From the sequence record DRR378314_166: a DNA stretch of 64,000 nt; one strand, written 5' to 3'. How positions within the stretch are numbered: position 1 is the stretch's first letter; each line of letters starts with the position of its first letter. The position numbers were made by a program, and so were the translations under genes. The notes beneath the pieces are model-generated. The model was not told the origin of the DNA. It saw only the letters and a list, made by a program, of their open reading frames with translations, and did no database searches. Below, piece by piece: positions 31,260-39,920 of the stretch.

Positions 31260-32279
31260 TTATTCTGGTTTTTGGGCATGGACCAGGTGGGTCATGCCGG
31301 GAATTGTCTGTTCATCTTCAATATTCACAAAGCCGACCTTCTGCATTTCGGCTTTCAGCCAACCGGCGGTTACGGAATGGGCATCGGGTGTGAAGGCCAT
31401 ATGCTGCAACTGCCACAGCGCCGCCATAACCGGGCCGGTGCGATCATCTTCGACCATGAAGTCATGAACCATGATTTTGCCGCCGGGGGCCAGGCATTCA
31501 AACGCATATTTAACCAGCCGGGGCACCTCTTGACCCGGAATGCCGCTAAACAGGTAGGACATCAAAATCGCGTCCTGCTCATCCGGCCATTCAACCGTAA
31601 GCGCGTTGGACGGGATATAGCGCACCCGGTTGGTCATCTCTGCATCGGTAATGAACTGCCAGCCGATCTCGCTCACATTTGGAAAATCAATAATGGTGGA
31701 GGAGAGTTCCGGGTTGGCTTGCAGCAGGCGAATGCTCATGGCGCCGGTGCCGCCGCCGACATCCAGTAGCGATTTGGCGCCGCTCAAATCCACGGTGCGG
31801 GCAATGGTCAGCCCCGGACCGAGCGAGCCGGCATGTTGCGCGTTGCTGTAAAGGGCCGCCTGTTCCGGGTCTGACATCCAATGCTGATAGGAATCCACGG
31901 CATCAGAGCTGAGCGATCCATCCAGAACCTCGTTAAGCTGGCCAAGGAAGGGGTACATTTGCTGATCAATTTGATAGCGCAGATAATCCCCGAAATCATA
32001 TTTTGATGTGTGGGACAAAAACGCTTCTGCCCCCGGTGAATTGCTGTAGCGATCCTCATTCCAGTCTACCAGGCCAATCCCGTTCAGGGCGGTCATCAAA
32101 GTGACGACGCGGTTTTTGGGAACCCCGATCAGTGCGGAGAGTTCTTCCGTCGTTTTGGCGCCTGACGCCAGGTGGGTAAAGACATCCAGATGCAATCCGG
32201 CAAACATCGCTTTTGACGCCATAAATCCAAACGCGATGGTTGAGACTTCCTCAGCCGTTTCGACAATTTTTACAGACAT
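31260..32279 (-). CDS. dsyB: DsyB-like methylthiohydroxybutyrate (MTHB) S-methyltransferase (Methyltransf_2 family)
   Basis: AEEVS.IAFGFMASKA.FA, YDF.DYLR.Q...QMYP, YS..QHAGSLGP, LDVGGGTG, LMSYLFSG, LWQLQH.AFTP, matching DsyB segments as I recall them. Confidence 0.78.
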   Translation of the reverse strand: MSVKIVETAEEVSTIAFGFMASKAMFAGLHLDVFTHLASGAKTTEELSALIGVPKNRVVTLMTALNGIGLVDWNEDRYSNSPGAEAFLSHTSKYDFGDYLRYQIDQQMYPFLGQLNEVLDGSLSSDAVDSYQHWMSDPEQAALYSNAQHAGSLGPGLTIARTVDLSGAKSLLDVGGGTGAMSIRLLQANPELSSTIIDFPNVSEIGWQFITDAEMTNRVRYIPSNALTVEWPDEQDAILMSYLFSGIPGQEVPRLVKYAFECLAPGGKIMVHDFMVEDDRTGPVMAALWQLQHMAFTPDAHSVTAGWLKAEMQKVGFVNIEDEQTIPGMTHLVHAQKPE

Positions 32280-32753
32280 TTAGGCTACTCTCTTCTCCAG
32301 CTCTTGTGATGGACATTGCGAATAAAAGAAACTTGCTTGTCCAGGGTTGCGGCAAGTTTCAGTCACATTCTGCAGGGGACGATAGACGCACTCAACCGTA
32401 CCGGAAAGCTGTGAAAAGCCCGGTAGTGGGGACATTTAACTATCCAAACATCCAGCAGTTTATGTCAGTTAACCGACAATGGGCGCGGGGATTTGAAATC
32501 CTGGCAGAAAGCCGGGAGACCGCCCTTTGAGGTGCCGATGTTTCAATCGACAAAAATCCCATATGATTTGGAATTCGCCTTTATCCTATAGCCCCGATCT
32601 TATTTGTCAAATGACAGGCGTGTTTCAATTTCTCGCGGCAAAATCGAGGGGCGTTCAGTCAAAGGTGCCGCTCTGTTCATGTCGTTTTTCTGATTGAAGT
32701 CCGGCTTGATTACCTTAAACTACAGAAAAGAGCCCAATAAAAAGGAGAAAAAA

Positions 32754-33638
32754 ATGGGAGAAACCATCCAGTCCAGGAGCGGGTTTAACCTGACGCCGTT
32801 AGAGAAAAGCTTTGGTGCATATGTTGATAATATTGATCTGAAAACCCTGGAGCCTTCGGCGTTTGAGGCGCTTTATGCGGAATGGCTGCGCTATGGCTTG
32901 TTGATTTTTCCTGGGCAGTTTCTCAGCAAAACAGAGCAGGTGACCTTTGCCCGGCGCTTTGGCACCCTGGTGGAGGAATTGAAAGCCGTTCATATCAGCA
33001 ATGTGAAGGCTGATGGCAGCCTTCGGGATGCGCCAGATGATGACATGATGAAAATTATTCGCGGGAATATGTATTGGCATCAGGATAATACCTATATGCC
33101 GGTGCAGGCCAAAGGCGCCGTTTTCAGTGCCGAAGTGGTTCCCGCCCATCAGGGGGACACGGCCTTTTCCGATATGCGCGATGCCTATGACGCGCTGGAT
33201 GAGGCGACACGGACTGAAATTGAAGGCTTATCGGCTCATCATTCCCTTGAATATAGCCAGCAGCTTTTGGGGGAGGAGACAAAAACTGAAAATAGTGAAT
33301 ATATGGGCTATGGCATGAATGTTCAGGATGTGCCGTTACGGCCACTGGTGAAAACCCATCCCGAAACCGGGCGAAAAGCCCTGGCCGTGGGCCGTCATGC
33401 GTTTGGTATTCCCGGTCTGAGCGAAGATCGTTCCAAGGCCCTGATCGAGCGGTTGAACAGTTTCGCCGTTGGCGATGAGCGCCGGGTCTATCAGCATCGT
33501 TGGACCGCCGGGGATGTGGTCGTCTGGGATAACCGGTGCCTGATGCATCGGGCGTGCAAATGGAATTTTGATGAACCGCGCGTCATGCTGCATTCGCGCA
33601 TCGCTGGCGACCCGGTGGCAGAGGCGGCGTTGACTTAA
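32754..33638 (+). CDS. TauD/TfdA-family Fe(II)/2-oxoglutarate dioxygenase, SdpA/AAD-12-like
   Basis: WHQD (HxD), WDNRCLMHRA, TYMPV.A.GAVFSAEVVP, GYGM; AAGGAG RBS. Confidence 0.9.
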   Translation: MGETIQSRSGFNLTPLEKSFGAYVDNIDLKTLEPSAFEALYAEWLRYGLLIFPGQFLSKTEQVTFARRFGTLVEELKAVHISNVKADGSLRDAPDDDMMKIIRGNMYWHQDNTYMPVQAKGAVFSAEVVPAHQGDTAFSDMRDAYDALDEATRTEIEGLSAHHSLEYSQQLLGEETKTENSEYMGYGMNVQDVPLRPLVKTHPETGRKALAVGRHAFGIPGLSEDRSKALIERLNSFAVGDERRVYQHRWTAGDVVVWDNRCLMHRACKWNFDEPRVMLHSRIAGDPVAEAALT

Positions 33639-33869
33639 TATTGCGACTGCCCATCTTTTGGGCGTTGTGGCTCAATTGTCTTGATTTCAGGCGCTTTCGG
33701 CGGTTGGACCCTGGTTTTCGGCCTGAGTTAGCCATTCAATAACTGGTATAGATTTTGGTCCAATTGTCCGCGACCTATATCGAGTATTATTTGGAATACG
33801 CCCTTGATTGTACACCTTTTTATCGCGGCATTTCCGGGGACATGTGCTGCTTGTGCTGACGAGCAACCT

Positions 33870-34134
33870 CTCCGCTTATCTTTCCGGTCAGGTTGATGTG
33901 CTCGTGACTGGCAACACGGTTGCAGCAAAGCTGTCCGCTGACAATCCGGGATTGGATATGCAAACCAAATTTATAATCAAAGAGTCGCCTGCTTTTATTG
34001 GTGTTAAAAAGGGCCAATCTGATCTGCTGCAGTGGGTAAATGTTTTCATTCTGCATAAGAAATTGGGGGGTCAGTTGAATGACCTTTCTGAAAAATGGCT
34101 GGGTCAGAAATTACCGCCATTGCCGTCTCTATGA
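33870..34134 (+). pseudogene. C-terminal fragment of a polar amino-acid ABC transporter substrate-binding protein
   Basis: AYLSGQVD, IGVKKG..DLLQWVN.FI, L..LSEKWLG..LP; no N-terminal lobe, signal peptide or credible start. Confidence 0.7.
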
Positions 34135-34153
34135 ACGAGAGATGCACTACCGG

Positions 34154-34181
34154 AAAAGGCCTCCGTCGGGGGCCTTTTTTT
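34154..34181. terminator. Rho-independent terminator
   Basis: aaaaggcctcc-gtc-gggggccttttttt. Confidence 0.8.
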
Positions 34182-34297
34182 GCTTAATGTTTCAATAGCC
34201 CAAAATCTGATCGCAAAGACAGCTTTTTGCTCAGCCATAAGATTTGCCTATGGATAAGAGGAATGAATGATATTTTAACTATGGATAGGGCTGTTTG

Positions 34298-34693
34298 TTA
34301 TTTGCGCCAATCTGGAATTTTAACGTCGCTGATTTTGCCCGGAGAATACATTTCGATCATCTCTAGATCATCAGAGCAGGCCATCAGTTCATGGTGGCAG
34401 CCTTCGGGCATATAGTGGCTATCGCCTTTTTCCAGACGGACCCGGCCCACATCCTTAAACTCAAAATCCACCCAGCCTTCTGTGACATAAACCCACTGAA
34501 ACTGAACGTCATGGGCGTGATGGCCGGTTCCTTCACTTAGCGCGCCCTTCGCCCGGATGACCTGGGCGAAGAAATCACCGTTTGTTGCATCCCCCAGTTC
34601 CAGATCCCGATACTCAAAAAAGCTGCGATGACCAGAGCTCCAAGCAGCGCCTTTGGCCGTGTGTTTGGTATATCCGTTGGCGTATTTTGTCAT
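34298..34693 (-). CDS. Cupin-domain protein
   Basis: HHAHDVQFQWVYVTEGW, GDSHYMP..HHE; GGGAGA RBS before the ATG at 34693. Confidence 0.85.
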   Translation of the reverse strand: MTKYANGYTKHTAKGAAWSSGHRSFFEYRDLELGDATNGDFFAQVIRAKGALSEGTGHHAHDVQFQWVYVTEGWVDFEFKDVGRVRLEKGDSHYMPEGCHHELMACSDDLEMIEMYSPGKISDVKIPDWRK

Positions 34694-34715
34694 CGTTTTC
34701 TCCCGATTGTTGGTT

Positions 34716-35501
34716 TTATGTAAAGCTGCCGTGATTGGAGCCGTGACCCCCATCGACGGTGATAATCGTTCCGCTGACATAGTTTGCCTTGGCTGAGACA
34801 AAAAAGGCAACAACATCAGCGACCTCCTCAACCTCTGCCGCGCGGGCGAGGGGCAGGTTGGCTAAAAAATCCTGCCATTTATCTTCGGTCCCGAACTGGG
34901 CCTGAGAGCGGGTTTTCATCAGATTGACAAGCCGTTCGGTGGCAACCGCGCCCGGGCTTACGGCCAGAACCCGAATGCCATCTTTCAGGCTTCGACTGCC
35001 AAGCGCGCGGGTGAAGGCGTTCAAACCCGCATTGCCAGTGGTCCCGGCAATGTAATCGGCATCGGTCCGATCCGCAGCCAGACCCGTTACATTGAGGATA
35101 ACACCGGACTTTTTCACCTGCATGGCGGCATAGAAGGCGCGGCAGAGATTGATATATCCAAAGACCTTTAAATCCCAGGCCTCCCGCCAGCGATCTTCTG
35201 TTATGGTCTGAAGATCACCTGCCGGGATGGCCCCGGCGTTATTGACCAGAATGTCCGGTGTTCCATACTTATCCAGCAATTTCGCCGCCGCGCCGCTTTT
35301 CGACAAATCCAAAGACATTGCATCTGCGCGGATATGAAAGTCCTGAACCAGGTCAGAGGCCAACTGATCCAGCTCTGCCGCATTTCTGGAGACGAGCAGA
35401 AGATTGCAACCTTCCTGGGCCAGGGTCCGGGCAACCGCATTGCCAATCCCTTTAGAGGCACCGGTGACAATGGCAAACTTGCCGTTCAATTGCAGATCCA
35501 T
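34716..35501 (-). CDS. Short-chain dehydrogenase/reductase
   Basis: TGASKGIG, LVNNAG, VSPG, VDGG; the YxxxK site reads YIAGTTGN (atypical). Confidence 0.88.
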   Translation of the reverse strand: MDLQLNGKFAIVTGASKGIGNAVARTLAQEGCNLLLVSRNAAELDQLASDLVQDFHIRADAMSLDLSKSGAAAKLLDKYGTPDILVNNAGAIPAGDLQTITEDRWREAWDLKVFGYINLCRAFYAAMQVKKSGVILNVTGLAADRTDADYIAGTTGNAGLNAFTRALGSRSLKDGIRVLAVSPGAVATERLVNLMKTRSQAQFGTEDKWQDFLANLPLARAAEVEEVADVVAFFVSAKANYVSGTIITVDGGHGSNHGSFT

Positions 35502-35896
35502 AACCACTCCCATCCCTGTTTTTGATGTCGTTTTGGCCAGACTAACACAGCATTGGCTGACGGAGGATATCTTGTTTCAGGTTTTTCTGAAATTGAGTTG
35601 CAGATCCAGAAAATAGCCTGCCAATTCGGCTTTTGAAAAGGCGAATAGAAGCTGGACCGGTTTGCGGGGCCTTAAGGAATGATGCGTGGCAATCCAAACT
35701 TCCGTGAGATAATGAAACAGCCAAATCCTTTGAAGATAGGGGTGATGCCGAAAGTTCATCCCAACACCGGTATTAATCGATGAAACTGACGCCCTGTTTT
35801 TGTCGGTTTGATGATTGAAACTTCCTTTTGCAGTGATTGATCTATTCCTGTAAAAGGTCAGCAGCTTAAATCTCGTCTTAATTTGCAGGAAGTTTG

Positions 35897-37594
35897 ATGA
35901 CACGTCACCTTATTACATCAGCATTACCATATATCAATGGCGTCAAGCATTTGGGTAATCTGATCGGGTCCATGCTGCCATCAGACCTGTATGCCAGATA
36001 TTTGCGCGCACGGGGCGAGGAGGTGCTGTTTATCTGTGCAACGGATGAGCATGGAACACCGGCCGAACTGGCAGCCCGTGCCGCTAATCTGGATGTGGCG
36101 GAATTCTGTAAGGAGCAGCATGAGGTGCAGGCCCGTTTGGGGGAAGCCTTTGCATTATCCTTTGATTATTTTGGTCGTTCATCCTCGCAGCAGAACCACG
36201 AGTTGACCCAGCATTTTGGAAATAAACTGCTGGAAAACGGGTTCATAGAAGAGCGGGTCACAAGCCAGGTCTATTCGATTGAGGATGACCGTTTCCTGCC
36301 CGATCGGTATGTCGAGGGAACCTGCCCGCATTGCGGATATGATAAAGCCCGGGGCGATCAGTGCGAAAGCTGCACCCGGCTTTTGGATCCGACAGATCTG
36401 GTGGATCCCAGATCCGCCATATCCGGCAGTACAAATCTGGAAGTTCGCGAAAGTAAACATCTGTTCTTGTTGCAATCCAAGCTGGCTGAAGAAATTCGGA
36501 GCTGGGTTAATCAGCATGCCGACTGGCCAGTGCTGGTCTCCTCCATCGCCCAGAAATGGCTGGATGAAGGCCTGCATGACCGGGGCATCACCCGGGATTT
36601 GAAATGGGGTGTGCCGGTTGGCCGGGACGGCATGGAGGGTAAGGTCTATTACGTCTGGTTCGATGCGCCGATTGAATATATCGGGGCAACCAAGGAATGG
36701 GCTGATGAGGATCCGGAAAACCGGGACTGGAAATCCTGGTGGTATGAGGCGACGGACGTTCGCTATACCCAGTTTATGGCCAAGGATAATATCCCGTTTC
36801 ATACGGTCACCTTTCCCGGCACCCAGATCGGAAGCCGGGAGCCCTGGAAAATGGTGGATTACATCAAGGGCTTTAACTGGTTGACCTATTATGGCGGGAA
36901 GTTTTCCACCAGTCAGCAACGGGGCATTTTCATGAGTGATGCCATCGAAATGCTGCCTGCGGATTACTGGCGCTATTATCTTCTGGCCAACGCGCCGGAG
37001 AATTCAGATGCCAGCTTCACCTGGGACGGGTTTTCGGGAACCGTGAATAAAGATCTTGCAGATACATTGGGCAACTTTGTCAACCGGATCCTGAAATTCT
37101 GCAGCTCCAAATTTGGAACCGAGTTGCCTGCGGGTGGGCAGGCCGGTGCGCCGGAGGAGAAACTGGCCGCCGAATTGCAGCGCCGTGTGGAGGCCTATAA
37201 TGGCCATATGGACGATTTGCAGATCCGTAAAGCCTTGCAGGAACTGCGGGCCATCTGGGTGATGGGCAATGAATATCTGACCGAGGTAGCCCCGTGGACA
37301 GCGTTTAAAACAGATCCCGAGGCCGCCGCCGTCAGTCTTCGCTACGCCATTAACCTGATCCGTATTTTTGCGATCTTGAGTGCACCGATTATACCTGATG
37401 CCATCCGCCGTCTGTCTGAGGCGCTTGGTTTGGATCTGACGGGCCGGGAATGGATTGAAAAGCCGCTTGCTGAAGAGCTTGTGACCCTGAAAGAGGGACA
37501 TGGTTTTAGCGTTCCGGATGTCCTGTTCAGTAAAATCTCGGATGAGGAAGTCGCCGCTTGGGAAGAAAAATTCGGTGGTGGGGACGAGGTTTAA
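35897..37594 (+). CDS. metG: Methionine--tRNA ligase (no C-terminal dimerisation domain)
   Basis: [26 protein letters not shown] Zn knuckle, YVWFDA, KFSTS. Confidence 0.96.
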   Translation: MTRHLITSALPYINGVKHLGNLIGSMLPSDLYARYLRARGEEVLFICATDEHGTPAELAARAANLDVAEFCKEQHEVQARLGEAFALSFDYFGRSSSQQNHELTQHFGNKLLENGFIEERVTSQVYSIEDDRFLPDRYVEGTCPHCGYDKARGDQCESCTRLLDPTDLVDPRSAISGSTNLEVRESKHLFLLQSKLAEEIRSWVNQHADWPVLVSSIAQKWLDEGLHDRGITRDLKWGVPVGRDGMEGKVYYVWFDAPIEYIGATKEWADEDPENRDWKSWWYEATDVRYTQFMAKDNIPFHTVTFPGTQIGSREPWKMVDYIKGFNWLTYYGGKFSTSQQRGIFMSDAIEMLPADYWRYYLLANAPENSDASFTWDGFSGTVNKDLADTLGNFVNRILKFCSSKFGTELPAGGQAGAPEEKLAAELQRRVEAYNGHMDDLQIRKALQELRAIWVMGNEYLTEVAPWTAFKTDPEAAAVSLRYAINLIRIFAILSAPIIPDAIRRLSEALGLDLTGREWIEKPLAEELVTLKEGHGFSVPDVLFSKISDEEVAAWEEKFGGGDEV

Positions 37595-37629
37595 ACCCTT
37601 AAAAATTTAGGCAAATTGGGCCTCAAGAT

Positions 37630-37645
37630 TTAACTTCGGTTTAAC
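37630..37645 (+). promoter_or_regulatory. CtrA binding site upstream of the tadE-like genes
   Basis: Perfect TTAA-cttcggt-TTAAC. Confidence 0.75.
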
Positions 37646-37702
37646 AGGTTTTCGCTAATGTGTCTGGTGATTGGAAATCCAGATGCTGGGCCTATTAAAC
37701 CG

Positions 37703-38299
37703 ATGTTGAAACAGATCATTCGTAAATTCAGCCGAGACAAGCGCGGGACAACTGCGTTGGAACTTGCGCTTATTGCGCCGGTGATGACGGTGATCCTGTT
37801 CGGGATGATCGAGCTGGGCGTGGCCATGTTTGTCAACACGGTTGTCGAAGGCGGCCTTCGTGATGCGTCGCGCATTGGCTTGACGGGGATGCAGACAGAA
37901 GGGGTCAGTCGCGACCAGCAGATTGCCAATATTGTCAATGATGCCTCCCTCGGGCTAATTGGCCTGACACCTGCAGATATTTCAGCCCTGATCTATCCCA
38001 GCTTTGGCGATATTGGAATGCCAGAGCCGTATGATGATCTGGATGGTAATGGCGAATATACCGCCACATCGGTGACCCATGATGGCGTGACTTACCCTGA
38101 TGGAGAGCCGTTTCAGGATATTAATGGCAGTGGTGCCTGGGAAGATGATATGGGGGCGGCTGGTCTTGGCGGCCCAGGTGAGATTGTTCTTTATACAATT
38201 CGCTATAACTGGAATTTCCTGAGTGGGCAGATTGTCCCGATCCTTGGGGGAACCATTCCGATGACGGCATCCATGGTTGTTCGCAATGAGCCTTTCTAG
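37703..38299 (+). CDS. TadE-like pseudopilin
   Basis: RG.TALELALIAP hydrophobic helix; C-terminal RNEPF. Confidence 0.88.
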   Translation: MLKQIIRKFSRDKRGTTALELALIAPVMTVILFGMIELGVAMFVNTVVEGGLRDASRIGLTGMQTEGVSRDQQIANIVNDASLGLIGLTPADISALIYPSFGDIGMPEPYDDLDGNGEYTATSVTHDGVTYPDGEPFQDINGSGAWEDDMGAAGLGGPGEIVLYTIRYNWNFLSGQIVPILGGTIPMTASMVVRNEPF

Positions 38300-38309
38300 G
38301 GAGCGTGCA

Positions 38310-38936
38310 ATGAAATTTCCATTTAGGTCTGCCTTAAGCTCAGCGGCCCGTTTGGCAAGACGCTTTGGGCAGAATTCTTCTGGCGTGGCGATGACAGAAT
38401 TTGCCATGCTGTTACCGCTTATTTTCCTGGTTACAGTCGGTAGTTTTGAGGTTAGCCGCTATGCGCTGCTGACGCAGAAGATGGACCGAATTTCCGCTAC
38501 TGTCGCTGACCTTGTTGCCAGAGACGAAGCGCTGACAGCCGATGAAATGGATAATCTGTTCGCCTCCATTGATCATCTGGCATCGCCTTTTGAGTTTACA
38601 GGATCTGGAATGGTGGTTGTCACATCTGTTGTTGGCCGAACCGGTCAGGATCCTTTAATTATTGGCCAGCGGAGCAAAGGCAGCATCGACGGTGTAAGTA
38701 GCAAAATCGGCTCTTCCGGTGGAGATGCAAAATTACCTGCTGTTTTCACGGATGAAGATGGTCAGACCCTTGAGAATGATGAAGGTGTGATCATTACGGA
38801 AGTTTTTTACGAGTTCACACCCTTCTTCAGCGGGGCCGGTGGAAGCTATATTTCAGATGATTTCCTGTCGGATATTGATATTTATCGGCAATCTTTTTTC
38901 AGACCACGCTTATCTGAGCGAACAACTTTCGACTGA
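38310..38936 (+). CDS. TadE/TadF-like pseudopilin
   Basis: SGVAMTEFAMLLP, ATVADLVAR, EVFYEF.P, FRPR. Confidence 0.88.
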   Translation: MKFPFRSALSSAARLARRFGQNSSGVAMTEFAMLLPLIFLVTVGSFEVSRYALLTQKMDRISATVADLVARDEALTADEMDNLFASIDHLASPFEFTGSGMVVVTSVVGRTGQDPLIIGQRSKGSIDGVSSKIGSSGGDAKLPAVFTDEDGQTLENDEGVIITEVFYEFTPFFSGAGGSYISDDFLSDIDIYRQSFFRPRLSERTTFD

Positions 38937-38979
38937 CCCTTTCCAATTAAATCAGTGAACAGGCCGTAATTCGGTGATT

Positions 38980-39046
38980 ATACGCAACTATATGGTTGCG
39001 TATTTTAAAGTGCTGGCTTATTATGCAATCAAAAGGTTGCGTAATA
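38980..39046. promoter_or_regulatory. Tandem palindromic operators for the SRPBCC-ArsR pair
   Basis: atacgcaac-tatatg-gttgcgtat (38980-39003) and tattatgcaa-tcaaaagg-ttgcgtaata (39019-39046). Confidence 0.75.
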
Positions 39047-39056
39047 GGAGTGCGTA

Positions 39057-39506
39057 ATGAGCCTTGAACCATTTGATGAAATTAGAAAATCCATTGCCCT
39101 TGATGCCCCGGTTTCCCGTGTGTGGACCGCATTGACGGATCATGAAGCGTTTGGTCGCTGGTTCCGGGTCACGTTGGATCGTCCTTTTGCTGTTGGTGAG
39201 CAGGTTATTGGCACGACAGAGGAGGGCGATCTGGAGTGGCATGCCTGGATCGAACAGATAGAACCAGAACATCATTTCTGTTTTTCCTGGTATCCCCTGG
39301 ATGTGCCGCCGGGTACAGATGTTGAAAATAAACCCAGAACCACCGTCCGGTTTTATCTGGTGCCGACGCAGAAGGGGTGCGAATTGACAGTGATTGAAAC
39401 TGGATTTTCTGCGTTTGAAGATAAGAAGGCGTTGGATATTTTGCGGCAGAATGCGGCAGGTTGGACCGTTCAATTGGAAAATATAAAGGCATATGTCAGT
39501 GGTTAG
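39057..39506 (+). CDS. SRPBCC/AHSA1-family protein
   Basis: APVSRVWTALTD...FGRWF, FSWYP, TTVRF, VIETGF, GW..QL.NIK. Confidence 0.9.
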   Translation: MSLEPFDEIRKSIALDAPVSRVWTALTDHEAFGRWFRVTLDRPFAVGEQVIGTTEEGDLEWHAWIEQIEPEHHFCFSWYPLDVPPGTDVENKPRTTVRFYLVPTQKGCELTVIETGFSAFEDKKALDILRQNAAGWTVQLENIKAYVSG

Positions 39507-39831
39507 AGGCGAGATTGATCCAGAAAAACTGATTCCCCTATTTGCGGCGTTGGGAGATCCGGCCCGCTTTGAGCTGGTGAGCCGATTATCAGCGGGGCAG
39601 GGACAATCCATAACCGATCTGACGGACGGGTTTGCAATGTCGCGGCAAGCCATCCGCAAGCATTTATCGATCCTGGAGACGGCCCGATTGGTCAAGTCGG
39701 TCAAATCGGGAAGAGAGCAGGTCTTTCATCTTCAGCAGGCCCGCTTTCAAGAGGCGCAACAGTATCTGGAGCATGTGTCCCGCCAATGGGATGACAATTT
39801 GAATCGACTGAAGCAGTTCGTCGAAGATTGA
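39493..39831 (+). CDS. ArsR/SmtB-family transcriptional regulator
   Basis: FAALGDPAR, SRQAIRKHL.ILE, GRE, WDD.L.RLK. Confidence 0.9.
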   Translation: MSVVRGEIDPEKLIPLFAALGDPARFELVSRLSAGQGQSITDLTDGFAMSRQAIRKHLSILETARLVKSVKSGREQVFHLQQARFQEAQQYLEHVSRQWDDNLNRLKQFVED

Positions 39832-39872
39832 TTTTAAGCTTTAAAACTGGCGATCCCGTGAAAAGGACAAAT

Positions 39873-39897
39873 AAAAGGCGCCCAGTGGGCGCCTTTT
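39873..39897. terminator. Bidirectional terminator between ArsR and tadG
   Basis: aaaaggcgccc-agt-gggcgcctttt. Confidence 0.85.
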
Positions 39898-39920
39898 ACA
39901 GTGAAGGGTATTCCGATTTA

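Noticed and set aside
32390-32530. Possible cobalamin riboswitch (AAGCCGGGAGACCGCCC resembles the 3' B12 box)
   Set aside because: The upstream conserved core (GGGAA..GGTG..CCCGCAACTGT) is not present; an Rfam/Infernal scan would settle it
34298-34693. Cupin as a DMSP lyase (DddK/DddW/DddQ)
   Set aside because: It lacks the HxHxxxE..Y pattern I recall for cupin DMSP lyases and looks like a widespread generic cupin family; proximity to dsyB alone is insufficient
35542-35893. Small ORFs between the SDR gene and metG
   Set aside because: No RBS, motif or compositional support; treated as divergent promoter DNA
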